A stretch of 64,000 nucleotides of DNA from Sphyrna mokarran (GCA_024679065.1 JAGIQG010000006.1:47368001-47432000), one strand, 5' to 3'; shown: positions 34,731 to 47,999, numbered from the stretch's first letter. A program made the numbers and translations. Notes: generated by a model not told the origin, from the letters alone.

Positions 34731-35443
34731 AACAGCTAACGAGCCACTTAACTGGTTTAGTATCAAAATTTTCATCCTTCGAACAGTGGGGTTGCAAAAC
34801 CTTTCAGTAATGTCTCAGTGACAATGTCAAAAGGACTGTTTGAGTGACCACACCGTGGACGGCTGTGTAGAATGCAGCCTTTAGACAGGATGACCTTTTT
34901 GCTCCTATGGCCACAGCCGTGACCACAACGTCATGGATGGCTTCAATTTGCTAGGAGAATGACAACCATGAAGGAGAGATTCGGACACCCCATTGATGCC
35001 CAGTACTCTGTGCTTACACAGATCAGTAGGCCTCACGAGGACATGCTCCTCAGCAGTGACATACATTGAGAAGCATAGGTTGCCATTCATGTCAGTGGCA
35101 GTTCTGTACTATCAAGCAGTTTTGCATAAGGCAATGAGCCTATAGTGACCTCAGGAAAAAGAAATGTGATACTAATGTCAGTGTGTCAGGGTTCAGTACA
35201 CACACAAGTTGTCAGCCTTGTGTACCCTGTGCATCTTGCTAGTTGGCTGAACAGGCATCTGCCACTGCCAATCCCATACTTTTGGGAGCATTTAGAAAAA
35301 GGGTGCATGTACTAATTGAACCAACATACCATACAAATCCAAATGAAGAAGAAAACTCTTTTACTTTGAATATATCTTGCTGTCACTCAAAGCAACAGCA
35401 ATAGAAGTAAAGCAGGCTAAATATTCAGGCAGTATAGTGGTCA

Positions 35444-35739
35444 GGCAGGATGGTGGCACAGTGGTTAGCACTGCTGCCTCACAGTGCCAGAGACTGGGGT
35501 TCGATTCTCACTTTGGGTGTCTGCACTTTTTCCCCGTGTCTTTATGGGATTCCTCTGAGTGCTCCAGTTTCCTCCCACTGTCCAAAAGACACACTGATTA
35601 GATGCATTGGCCGTGCTAAATTCTCCCTCAGTGTACCTAAACAGACGCCAGAGTGTGGCAACTAGGGGATTTCCATAATAACTTTATTGCAGTGTTAATG
35701 TAAGCCTACTTGTGACACTAATAATGAATAAACTTTAAA
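35444..35739 (+). mobile_element. V-SINE, Rex1-like tail subfamily, full length
   Basis: GGTGGCACAGTGGTTAGCAC..GGGGTTCGATTC..GAGTGTGGCAACTAGGGGAT..GTAAGCCTACTTGTGACACTAATAA..AAACTTTAAA. Confidence 0.9.
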
Positions 35740-36379
35740 TATATTCAACTATTAGCAAAGACAAATGATAGTTTCCTGGTTGTAAATCTGTGCATTAGCA
35801 AATAACTGCATAGCTTTATAAGAACTTAAATGAATAACTCCTCTTGCAATTGTCTTTCTGACTGCAATAGTTGTGCACACTATCACCCTACTGATCCTCC
35901 AGGATTTGCAATAATAGTTCAAATCTATGATGAGGACTCTGACAGTAAAACATAGTACACAGCCCATTTCTGGGATTTTTCTGACCTTCCCTCGGGCATG
36001 TTGTGGACCATATATCCAACTGGTTCAGGCATTTAAAGCATAGTTTTAGTACATCAAATGCATGCTGATTGGAAACCTTCATTGCCTTATACATCATGTT
36101 TAATGTTCACTGGCTGCAGTATAGAATTCATGTAGTGTATCATAAACCATGATTGTATTACATAGCCAGTATTATGGAGAGAAAAGTGATCCTCCCTTTC
36201 TCCTTCAAGGAACTAAGCCACGATTAGCTGACAATATGTTAACGTTGACATCAATGCTCATGGCACCTGCTTCCAATCCATATATTTCATTCTAGGTAAC
36301 TTTAAATCCAAAGCAAAGTCCAATGCTAGACTTTATTCAAACTGGCAAGCTAGGAAACGTATCTCTCTGAGTAGGATTA

Positions 36380-37010
36380 TTCAGATTGCATGGTGTTCCA
36401 AGCCTGCCCTCCAAAGAATCAATGGGGAATGCCTACCTACCAATCACAGAAACCTCATGATCATTTAACATTCCAAGGAACTTAATTGGCTGGAAACAGA
36501 GCTTCCTGTTTCTTTAAGGTGGAGGCCCTGCCTCAAAAGACAGATAACCATTCTGATTATCCAACAGCTCTGTAATCCTGCCAGTCCTAGTGGACAAGAT
36601 TGGAACTCCTCTGAGTTCCAGAGTCCAGGACCAGGCAATTACCCATGGTGGGGAGGGGATGTGAAGTCTGAAAGGGGTGGGAGTTTTGATGAAGAGGTTG
36701 GGGGAGTAGAGAGCACCTGTTGGAGTTTGGGCAATTGTACGCAGACCATAGTGGGGCTGGAAAGTGGGCATCTGAGGAGGGCACTGCCCCTTATCACACC
36801 TAAGGCTTGTGTAGGGTGACCCACTTTGCATTCCCTGATTCTGGTATTCTCCTGTCGCCCTCAAAAATGAGGGAGAGTAGCAGCCTTTACGTGGCAATTT
36901 AGAGGCTTCAATTGGGGATGACGACAAGCAGTTGGTTTGACCTCATCCACCCCAGCTACAATTGTGGACAGATTTCAGTCAAGCGGGGGGATAGTGAGAA
37001 GACTACCCAG
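36380..37010. mobile_element. Degenerate non-autonomous Harbinger-type element
   Basis: GC-richer block with TTAATTGGC / GCTTCC / GGCCCTGCCTC motifs shared with 49376-50191 and 17659-18240; ends GAAGACTACCC|AGA. Confidence 0.45.
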
Positions 37011-37765
37011 AGGATTTTATGGATCTCTCTGTCCGCAAACTCTGTGGCAGGAGACTTAATTTCTGCCCTTTGTATCTTGGGGAGGGTGTGTTAATTCCAT
37101 TTATCACCTCTCTCTGATAATCTAGCTGTGAACAGGAACTCGAATGTGCAAAATTACAGGTTAGAAATCATGTACCAATGCAATGCAATTAATGCTATCC
37201 ACATATTATATTCACTTTAAGGCCCGATTACTAATGGGACTATTTTGAAGTCTGGCCTGGAAATAGGCCTTCCAAATTATGTCACTATAATAAACATGCA
37301 TAACATAGGTCACTGTTTCAGCTTGACACTCCATGCATGCATGTAAATCACAACACACTCCCACTTTAAAAAAACTGCAGACAGCCACATTGCCTCCTAT
37401 TACTAGTTAATTTTCGAATGTCAAATTCTGTTAATGTGCTGACAACATTGGCATTTAAAACAGTTCAAATTGAGCTGTTGAACCAAATGCTCAGCTCTGC
37501 TTAATCGACAAGATGTAAATGAGTCATTTCAAAGAGCCAGGCAGTTTTACTTGCATTTAAAAATCGTACATGGGAAATGTTGCACATCAGCTATCTTAAG
37601 CTGGTGCATTTCATTCAATTATTGGATAGACAAATTTAATACAGCTGAACATGAATTTGAATCAAGTCCAGTATGTCTGAGTGATACTACACTTAATTAT
37701 ATTGTATTAGTAAGATTATTTTCAACCTATAATTACTAGGTTTAACCATTTAATATCCATAAATC

Positions 37766-38140
37766 TACAAGCCTCACTCCAGAAGCTTGAGCTCATAATC
37801 TATGCAGACGCTTCTGTGCAATACTGAGTATGTGCTGTACTGTCAGAGGTGCAGTCTTTTATATGAGACATTAAACCAAGGAATCATCTACCTCTTCAGA
37901 CAATGTTAAAATTGCAATATTGTTATTCGTAGAGAAGGGGAGCCTATTAGTGTTTGATCAATATTTAATCTCTCAATCAACACCTAAAGTAAGTGATTTT
38001 GTCATTTATTTCATTGCATTTTCATGGGATGTTCCTGTGTGTAAATAGCTGCCATCTTATCTCCATAAAACCTGTTCAAAATTACACAAAATACTTCATT
38101 GGTCCTTAGCTAATGAAACATACTATTAAAATACATTTTC
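37766..38140 (+). mobile_element. Deu-SINE (SacSINE1-like), 5'-truncated
   Basis: CACTCCAGAAGCTTGAGCTCATAATCT..GTGCTGTACTGTCAGAGGTGCAGTCTTT..ATGAGACATTAAACCAAGG. Confidence 0.8.
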
Positions 38141-39499
38141 TTAATGTAGCCAAACAATAGATAATGGCTTGTGATTAAAAGATGCAATTCACCTATACAA
38201 AGATGACTTTTGAAAAATATTTAGTCATGTTGCTCCAAGGGCCACGAACAAGTAACATTAGTTTTTCATAGTTCTTTTTACTGTAGCATAATTTAATATC
38301 TAAAACATATCTAACATATCAAATATCTAGATTAAGATGACTGCATTAAATCAATAATTGAGTAATTTTATTACTAATGATGTTATGATGCAACCACATC
38401 AATTTCATTTTTTTTCAGGAACTGAAAATCTAACTTTTGGAATTTGCTTTCACTTCTGAAGCAAACAGTGGGAACAAAAAAGAAAAAACAAGAAAAAACA
38501 ATGGAAATTATTTTAAAATGATTAGAAAATATAAACTTTTTTTAAAATCAAAGTTACAATAATAGAAGGAATGAACAATTAGAGAAATAAATAGGACAAG
38601 CATTCTAACAATTAATCTTGATTTAAATTTGTAATATGTATTTTTGTATTTTAGGATTAATAGTAGATAAATTTTGAATACTTTCATTACTGTAATGTTA
38701 GTGGCTTTGTTTTAATTTCATACTGTACCTGTGGAAGCAGTCTTCTATTTACATTAGTCAAAAATCCAAGAATTAAACTGAATATAAAACAGAGTATATT
38801 GCGTTCAAATGAAATCTGCAATTATTAAATTATATCTTTAATGATCTTTTTGTCCTTATATGAAAAAATGAAGCATTGCTGTGGGATTTATCTAAGAAAT
38901 AAAGTCATCTTTAAGATATTCCAGTTAAGAGAACCATCTGTAATTGTCATTCTTTTTTACATGAGCACAAAAAGCATGATCTTAGGTTTCTACTTTGTAC
39001 TCATGAAAAAATGACAATTATAGATAAGCCTAAGGGGCCATTCATAATTGTCAGTGTCACTTTGACTACATAAAATTCACTTGAATTGAATGAAGAGGGC
39101 ATGTACAAAATTTTGAGCAGCTTGCCACAATAAAGATCAGAGAATTAAGAGTTCCCGCTTGAGTTTGAAAATGCAAAGTTTTTTTCTCACTAATGTATTT
39201 ATAAGAACAATTGAATATCTTTGCACCAGTTCAGTGTCTTAATGACAACAATGTATGAGTAAAACATGGTAATGTGATGACAAAATAAATAATACTAAAT
39301 AAATAATCAAGATTAAGAGAATACATGAAGACATAAAGAATATATGAGGGAATTAGCGATGGATAAAGATTGCAAAGTAAAAGAGAATACTTTAAATGGC
39401 AGTCCATTCGCTAGAACATTGATTGGTAACAATTTATCCTTGTCAGATATTCTGTCACACTGATGAACATCCATGTATAATTGTCACTGATATCTTCCC

Positions 39500-39810
39500 A
39501 GAGACCACTGTTGATATTATAATTGATACACCTGTAATCCATCCCAGATATTCTCACCAGTATCCTCTCAGAGATTGCTACCAATGCTGTTCCAGGCTTC
39601 CCATACTTTCCCAAAGTCTTCATTAATAATCTTTAAAATGGCAATCTATGCCACTCCTGAGACTGGCATCAATAAACTAGACGTTGTAGATCCCCAGCAC
39701 TGGGTCTGCCACTCCTACTGTCCCAAAAACTCTCGCCAATCATCTTCAACAAATTATGTTTCAAAGGTATTTGTTGATAATCTCCCAGAACCAGTGATGC
39801 TCATTGCTTG
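39500..39810 (+). mobile_element. Possible very old L2 RT N-terminal fragment
   Basis: LLPMLF..SSL.IFKMAI..P..KLD..YCP..NYVSKVF loosely follows L2 RT domains 0-1. Confidence 0.35.
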
Positions 39811-40511
39811 AAAGCATTTCATATATTACCAGCAACTAAATAAAGCAGGACTGCAAGTGTTAATTAACAAACTTTGATGATTAATCTGTCATTTTTACAA
39901 ATAATTATTTCATTCTCTGGATGGATTTGTCTGGTTTATCCAGGAGAATTTCCCCATGACTAATGTAGTGAGATTATCAAATCATAGCTATAATTACCAA
40001 TGTATTACAATAGCTTTTTCTTTTCTTTGGAGCGTGTCAGCCTTTAAACCTTTTTCAGATCAAATAGCAGCACAAATGTCTGCTCAAAATTCCCTCATTA
40101 TAGCCTCTGACCACACTTTGTAAAATAAGAACATGTCACTTTAAAGGCTTTAAAAGTGATTGTACTAATGAGATGCAAATAAAAGAAGGGTCACTGACAT
40201 TGGAGCTGGGAATTTAACTCCTTTGGGGCACAGCTCCAGGCCTTGGCCAGTATGGGTAATTTCTGTTGATTTGAAGTTACATTATTAGACTGCAAGAAGC
40301 TCTTGAAAACTGTGCACCTCTGTCACATGTAGATTCATTGCTTGAAAGTCGATATCCAGGATTTTCCTGCTGTTGGGATTTTCCAGCCCCATCAAAGGTG
40401 ACCTCCTGCTACAGGTTCTCTGGCAGCGAGGTGGCGAGCCACACAAATGGCCATTACCTTCAGTGGGACAGGCAGCAAATGGCAAACCACCTCGAAAACC
40501 ATGGGACTAGT

Positions 40512-40840
40512 AATCATAGAATTATTGAATCCCTACAGTACAGAAGGAAGCTATTTGGCCCATCGAGTCTGCACCAATCACAACCCCACCCATACTCTAT
40601 CTCCATAACCCCATGCATTCACCCTGCTAGTCCCGCTGGCATTAATGGGCAATTTAGCATGGCTAATCCACCTAACCCGCAATCTTGGATGGTGAGAGGA
40701 AACGGGGAACCCAGACCAAACCCATACAGACATGGGGAGAATGCGCAGACTCCACACAGATAGCAGACTCACAGCCAGAATTGAACTTAGGTCCCTGGTA
40801 CTGTGAAACAGCAGTGCTAACCACTGTGCCACCATGCCGC
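40512..40840 (-). mobile_element. HE1/V-SINE, CR1-type tail, full length
   Basis: Same structure as the other copies. Confidence 0.9.
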
Positions 40841-41039
40841 ATTCAACAATTAATTAAAAAAAGTTATTATGGTCATATCAACTCCACTACTGGTTGTTAA
40901 AATATGAGATGTTCACATTACTGCTTATTGTATTTCCACCATGGTTTGGGGTCATGTCTTAAAGAGGGAATTCTAGCAGACATACCCAATTAGAAGTTGC
41001 AAGCCTACTTGTAACAAATAAATAAACTTAACAGTAATG

Positions 41040-41800
41040 GTGGAGGTATATGTCCAAGTTGGGAATCCGTGTGACTCAGATAGGTGATGGTATTCAGCAC
41101 TGTTGCTAATGATCCTTCTCAGCAGGAGAGCCTTAGGATTGAAAGATGCAATTGAAATAAGCTTTACAAGTACCCCATTGCACCCTGAAGATAATGCATA
41201 CTGTGGCCACAGTGTCCTGTCATGGATAATGGGTTCAGTGCCATCCTGAATAATATCATATTTCTGGAGTGTTGTTACGAATGTATTAATCCAGATAAGA
41301 AGAGAATATATCATTACACTCCTGATTTGAACCTCGTGGATGGTAGTATAACATTGAGATGTCAGGAATACCCAGCAGCGATTTACTTACGTAGCCATGG
41401 TGTTGGAATAGATGAACCATTTAAGCTTCTGACTAATATTGTCACAAAGGATTTTGATAGTAGTGGGAATACAGTACTGATGGTGCCTTTGAATATCATG
41501 ATTAGATAGTTGAGCTTTCATGTAGAAGATTCCCTTTTCCAGGTACTTAGGAGATACAGATGTTATCTGCCACTTACTAGCCAAAACATGGATGTTGTTC
41601 TATTCTTGCTGAAGACATGTCACGAACTTTGCCATTTTTTAATAAATTGAGCTAAACATTATAGATTTGTTAGCCATCAATCACACTCTCAATGATGGAG
41701 GGAAGGTCATTGATGACCTTAAGATGGTTAGGACAAAAATGATGCTAACAGGAATTCTGGCAACACTGTCCTTAGTGTAACGATTGGCATTCAAACATTT
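41040..41800 (-). mobile_element. Old Crack-like LINE fragment
   Basis: ASKWQIT..TIKIL..ISQKLKWFIYSNTMAT parallels the 4636 ORF. Confidence 0.65.
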
Positions 41801-42419
41801 CCATCAATTTATCCACTGGAAGATTTTCCCATTGACTTTATTGAAGGACCACCATAAGTGGAGTAAAACTGGTAGCTACTCTGATGCCAAAGAAATATGC
41901 TTCATGGAGCCTACAATATTTTTCCAAAGGAGTTGTTGATAGATAAACTATTCTTTGTAAGGAGGATAATGGATACTGCTCAGTAAATTGCAAGAGAGTA
42001 ATTTAATTGAAGGGTTAGTATGACAGTATATATACAAACTGCAAAGTTTGGGTGGCTTGTTTTGATATTTAAAACCTGAGATTGGATAAGTGGAATGAAT
42101 TTATAAAGAGTTGTTCGCAATCATTTACAATATCTATAAGCTTGTAACTTTTACAGGAAGTATTTTCTTTCCCTTGTGGGGCTGCATTTCGAATATGAAA
42201 ACGAAATCAATGTATTATGATGAAATACAAGGAGCAATTTTGCTATTATCACTTAAACATTATAGATATATTGGATTTGCGATAAAGTAAAGGCATGCTA
42301 ATCTCATGGAGAGGTGGGAAAGAGTCCCTCTCATCACTGTGTGTAGCATTCTTCTAAATATATGCAAGCTATAATTTTGCAATAAATATGAAACTCTTCA
42401 TGATCACACAAATAATACA

Positions 42420-43416
42420 TGCAATCTTACCAAAAAATGTCAGAGTGTTGTTTCCAGCAAGAAAACTGGCATGTTTCTCTCCAAAAAGAGGATGTATTTT
42501 GTATTATTATGTAAGGGGCAACTCACCAGTAAAATCCTGCAGCTCAGAGACTGAAGGCTCCATCTTTAACAGGCATCCTGGTCAGAACCCTGAGTAAACA
42601 TTCCCTCACCGCCCAGCCCACCATGAAGGTCTCAGGGCTACCCTCTCCTCAACTGGAGTCAACACTTCTTAGCTCTCTCCCCAATCACCATCCTCTTCTC
42701 CTCCTCTTCACAATTAACAGCTCCTTCTTCATCTCCAGCAATCATTGGCACCATCCCACCTTCTCTGCACCCTCTCAATATACAATCTAGCAAGCACCTA
42801 TCTTCACCACCCACCACCTAATCCCACATCACCAGCATCCCCAGTTCCTCCATCCTCTCCCAACCCCCATCTCACCAAAATGAATCTCCACCCTCCTTGA
42901 AGCTCCCACTGGGGTTCCCTACCCTGTGGCACAGGTTGCCACCACCAGGAGGGCATTGCCAGGCCACTTATCTTTACAGCCATGGTGAGACAGGTTCAAT
43001 TCTCAGTGAAATGGCACAAGTGTGATGTTACGTCAGTGACCTTTGAATATCTGCTGAAGGGGGGAAATCCTGGAAGTACTGCTCGCTAATGACATGTTAA
43101 TGTCTTAAGAACATAAGAACATCAGAAACAGGAGCAGGAGTAGGCCATCCAGCCCCTCAAGCCTGCCCTGCCATTCAATAAGATCATGGCTGATCTGTAG
43201 TGGTTCAGTACCACTTTCCTGCTTTATCTCCGTAACCCTTAATTCCCTTGTCAATTAAAAACCTATCCACTTAAAATGAGCTTTTGTGGTCCCGCGCCAT
43301 GTTTCACACTACTCCACCAGCGAGGGGCTGATAAGATCAGGACTTGGAAACTCGGCAGCACAAATCGCACTGTCTGGATTTTGAGCATGCCTTTCCCACA
43401 GATGCAAAATCACCCC
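42420..43416. mobile_element. Non-autonomous Harbinger derivative with nested CR1 tail (43107-43270, minus)
   Basis: Ends GCAAAATCACCCC; the CR1 tail TAAGAACATAAGAACATCAGAAACAGGAGCAGGAGTAGGCC is flanked by CTTAA repeats. Confidence 0.6.
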
Positions 43417-43554
43417 AAATGTTTCTCCACAGAATAATCATTGAAATTCTTATCTCATGTTGGCAAGTTTTGTAAAATAAGTAAATATTGACAATGATGT
43501 GATTTTGAGTCCACACTCTCCACCTGGGGAATGGTGACACATGCTTAAAAACTA

Positions 43555-45330
43555 GAGAGTAAAATTCGCGCTGTCAGGTTTTCGAGTTCCAATCTTACCA
43601 GCCCCTTGCTAGTGGAGGGACGTGAAATATACAGCAGGACCATGGAAGCTCATTTTAATACATCATTTAATACATTATTATCGAACACTCTTGATAATGA
43701 GCCTACACAGCTCCAAGTTAGCATGACATTTTCAGCTGGAGCCCGGTGTGATGGCACATTGGTACGCTTTACAACAGCTCTGCATAAGCTGGGGACAACG
43801 GAGAGGATAAGAATAGGTTCAACCTACTGCTGGGAATAGGGGTCCCAGAATCTTCATTTTAAGGAGAGAGATCAGGCTTACAGGCCTTCCCTACCCTTCA
43901 TGTTGGGTACCCTTCACCTCTTGCTCTGAAGGGAGTGTGAAGGTTGGTATGCAGGCAGCGTTTCCCACGTCCCTCTTCCTGGGTTCCTGCCCATATCACA
44001 GCTGAGGGAACGCTCTTTCTTTATAGGTACTGACAAGATAGAGGGAGAGACATAGAACTGCCGCTCTCACACTTCACAGGATGAAGCGTTGGGTGAGTGT
44101 GGTGGTTTCCCCCAAACTTGGTAGCATGAACAGACAGTGGAGGCTCTGTGGGCACACAAAATGAAATTTGTTGACAAAACATTCATAACAAAATGGTGAC
44201 CTTACCGAAATAGTATCTATATTCACCTGTGCCCACAAAATGTCTACGGTTTCTTAATCTTCCTCACTCTACCACTACATCTAAGTCTATCACAGGATCC
44301 GCAGCAGTTTGAGGCAGCCTGCTGACTGCCACACCCTCTGGCCTGAGATGACCCATGTATCTCCTGGGTGGCTGGAACCTTGAAAGTCCAGGCCTACTTT
44401 CAGATAGCATGGATGTTTGACTGTTGCTGTCATCAGTGTCGGGACTAAGGGCATATTGCTTACAAGAAGGGGGCTGTCAGATGGCTGGAAAGGGCCAGAG
44501 TCCACTGGCTGGAGGGTCTTAAACTGTATTCCTGTCAATTCTTTACTCCTTGGTTTCTCAGGGGCCCCTGCTGCTCCATTGGATGGAAGGACAGCTAAGT
44601 GAGATCCAGAAGCTCCACCCTTCTCTGGCGCAAATACTTGTGGATTTTCACTAGTGCCTGCACTATGTAATCGAAGCCCTGCATCATGGCGTGGACATCT
44701 TCTGCCATGGAGTGCTTGTCCTGTGCCAACGTCTCCACTGCGGATACTAACCTTGCTCTGTTAGCCTTAGTGCATTGCAGCGAAGGCAGCATCTCTTCAG
44801 ATAGAAAGTGATGGACTCCTCCAATTGACCTTGCACACTGAAGAGGTCGGTTGGCATCTCTTCCCCCTTTGCAGCTCCAGCAGCAGTGGGATGAATGAAC
44901 TGGTGGCACATCATTAGTCTGGGCGCAGCAGAATCCTGGGCTCCAGCAATCCCTCAGAGTGTCAGTTCTCTGGGATATCCTTGCCTGTGCCTGCTGTGGA
45001 TCACCAGCTTTGAGATGCTCACCACTAAGTGATCCAGAAGACTGCTTACTTATTTGAAGCACCAAATTGTGAGTATCTGTTCTGGTGCCAAGTATGGGTA
45101 ATAGCTGTGCTGCATTTTCCATGGTGGAGTCCCAGAAGTCCATTTCTGCACTGCTGGAGTCTGGTGAGTCCAGCAAGGACAAGGATGATCCGGCTTGTTA
45201 TGGTGGTTGGCTTGCAAGAGAGAGCACTTGGAATTACAGGGGACACAGAGAAAACTTTGTTTACTCACTAAAAACTTAAGGAATGACAGCACTTGTGTTG
45301 AGGATTCTCACCTTTCCTAGGAGCCAACAT
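43555..45330. mobile_element. Harbinger-type relic: subterminal region plus probable C-terminal exon of the accessory (Myb/SANT) gene on the minus strand
   Basis: 43586-43658 is an inverted copy of 43271-43343. ORF 44595-45182 has a Ser/Thr-rich part followed by a heptad-like part (ARLVSAVETLAQDKHSMAEDVHAMMQGF). The assignment is inferential. Confidence 0.5.
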
Positions 45331-46334
45331 TCTGCCATTTTTTGGTACGATTTCATCCAATGAAACAGAGGAAGCCCCACCATTTTATCTATATTATAAA
45401 ATTCTAATTTTCTGCAGTAGTTAATGACTTGCCAGTTTGATAGGCCAGATATATGTCAAAGCCTAAAAGAATACTTCCATAAAATAAGAATAATGCACCA
45501 TTTTTGATATATATGTTGTATAAACGGCAGTGGTATTCAGTTGTCATCATGAGGTAATATTGCAAATTACAAGTGCTGTAAAGTTATAAAGTAAGTAATA
45601 GAAGTGGCTGTGGTCAGTCTGGTGTAAACATACATTAACAGTACCATTGTGATATTGCTTCACTGCCTGTTGCTAAATAATGCCGACTGGGCGCTTGGCA
45701 AAGATTTCTAACACTAATTAGTACAGGATTCCTGTGGGTACAAAATTACTCCAATGGTAACCATAACTCCAAAGTTAAATTGGAGATGTTTTCTCTCTGG
45801 ATCTGGTAAAGATGATATACATGACTGCTTCTCCCTACGATATTAATGATGAGCATATGCTGATTCTTTTCATCTTTACAACGGGAAATGTGTCACAAGA
45901 TGTTTCTGAAATACCAATATTTATTTTTCATCAGCTGTGCAGATCCCTTTTTGTGCCACAAATGTTTATCTTCACATAGTGTCTATCATAAGGAATATAT
46001 GTATTACCACAATGGTAGAGAAATGTATAATCATGTGAGACAAGAACAAAGGATGCTGGAAAAACTCAGCAAGTCTGGCTTATATTTTGCTCCTATTTAT
46101 GCGAGGGCTTTTGTGTGAATAACCATGTAATGTCATTTCCAGTGTTTATTTTTCAAACCTGCATGTCCTAACTTACCGCTAGTTAACTCTGACGTGTCAT
46201 CCCCACAATCAATTGCATGAGATTTTACATGAAGAGGTTGAACACTTGTGCTGGACTTAGGTATTAACACATAATAACGGGCACCATTAAATCATTTGAT
46301 AGATGGTCTCCGCCTTCACGTCTTTCTGATTCGT

Positions 46335-47410
46335 TTTGATTTATTATTGTATTAGTTTACAGTGAGAAATATTGTTTCTTGCACACTATACAGACAAAAC
46401 ATACCATGCATAGGGAAGGAAAGGAGAGAGTGCAGAATATAGCATTACAGTCATCGCTAGGATGTACAGAAAGATCAATTTAATGCAAAGTAGGTCCATT
46501 CAAAAATCTAATAGCAGAGGGAAGAAGCTGTTTTTGAGTCGGTTGGTATGGAAATCTCAGACCTTTGTACATTTTTCCTGATGGAAGAACATGGAAGAGA
46601 GTATGTCCAAGTGATGGGATGGAGGTTTCTTGATTTTACTAGCTGCTTTGCTGAGGCAGCGGGAAGGGTAGATAGAGTCAACAGATGGGAAGCTGGTCTG
46701 CATGATGGACTGGGCTTCATTCACGACACTTTGCATTTTCTTGGGCAGAGCAGGAGACATACTAAGCTGTGATACCACCAGAAAGAACGCTTTCTATGGT
46801 GCATCTGTAGGAGTTGGTGAGAGTCATAGCAGACGGACCAAATTTCCTTAGCTTCCTGAGAAATTTGGTGGGCTTTCTTAACTATAACCTCCGCATGGAG
46901 AACTGGAGAGATTGTTGATGATCTGGACACTGAAAAACTTAAAGTGCTCATCCCTATTGATGTAGACAGGAACATGTCCTCTAGTTCACTTGATGAAGTC
47001 AATGGCTACTTGCTTTGTTTTAATGACATTGAAGGACAGATTATTGTCATCGCATCAGTTAACTAGTTTCTCTACCTCTTTCCTCTACTCCATCTCATCA
47101 TTGTTTGAGATCCGACCCAGTACAATGGTATCATCAGCAAACATGAAAATTGAGTTGGAGGGGAATTTGGCTGGTCAGCTAGAGGTGTATAAGGAGTATG
47201 GTAGGAGACTGAGGACACAGTTTTGCAGAGTAGTAGCGTTGTGGAGAAAATGTTGTTGTCTGCCCTTAATGATTGCAGTCTTTGGGTTAGGAATTCTAGA
47301 ATTCAATTGCAGAGGGAGGAGCCGAGTCCCAGGCCATGAAATTTGGAAATGAGTCTCGTAGAAATAATGGTGTTAAAGGCTGGGCTGTAGTCTATGAATA
47401 GGAGTCTGTC
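46335..47410 (-). mobile_element. Rex1/Babar LINE 3' fragment
   Basis: Minus strand FADDTIVLGRISNNDE.EYRKEVEKLV; VKKAHQ; RKFGLSAMTLTNSYRCTIESVLSGGITA; AQSIMQTSFPSVDSIYPSRCLSKAASKIK. Confidence 0.9.
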
Positions 47411-47559
47411 TCCCACCGCTATAGGCATGGGAATGAATTACACTGGTTTCAGAAGCAGCGATTTACCCATATTTACTTGTGTTGTCACTGCACAAGGATG
47501 GTCTGCAGTCCAGTTGCATTATAAACTTCCTACAGCATCCACGCCTCAAAAGTTTTTTG

Positions 47560-47870
47560 AGCAGCATAGTGGTTAGCACTGCTGTCTCACAGCACCAGGA
47601 ATCCGTGTTCGTTTTCTGGCTTGGATCACTATCTGTGTGGAATTTGCAAATTCTTTCTGTGTCAGCATGGGTTTCCTCCAGCTGCTCCAGTTCCTTCCCA
47701 CACTCCAAAGGTGTGCAGAATAGGTGGATTGACCATGCCAAATTTCACCTTCGAGTCAGAGGGTAAATGCATGGGATTATAGAGGTAAGGCCTCGGTGGG
47801 ATTGTGGTTGGTACAGGCTCGATGGGCCAAATGGCCTCCTTCTGCACTATAGGATTCTATGATTTTATGA
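47560..47870 (+). mobile_element. HE1/V-SINE, CR1-type tail, inserted in a Deu-SINE fragment (~47450-47900)
   Basis: Tail GATGGGCCAAATGGCCTCCTTCTGCACTATAGGATTCTATGATTTTATGA; flanks join as Deu-type CTCAAAAGT../CTGTAAAGCAATTTGAGATG. Confidence 0.88.
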
Positions 47871-47936
47871 CTGTAAAGCAATTTGAGATGCCCTGTAGTA
47901 TAAATTGGTAATTGTCTGAAATTTGGAATTCCCGCA

Positions 47937-47973
47937 TTTGTCCTGATGAGTGCAAGATGGAAAGTTTCAACAA
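47937..47973 (+). ncRNA. Degenerate type I hammerhead motif (third PLE-type family)
   Basis: TTGTC-CTGATGA-GT-GCAAG-AT-GGAAAGTTTC-AACAA: CUGAUGA core intact, stem I TTGTC/AACAA with one mismatch, GAAA box altered. Confidence 0.5.
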
Positions 47974-47999
47974 GACTTTGCTTTTCTATAATGTTTAAA

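Noticed and set aside
35444-35520. tRNA genes suggested by box A/B motifs
   Set aside because: They are SINE heads continuous with the V-domain, with no full cloverleaf.
37231-37290. miRNA-like hairpin around GGCCT-GGAAAT-AGGCC
   Set aside because: The stem is short and bulged, and it matches no miRNA I recognise.
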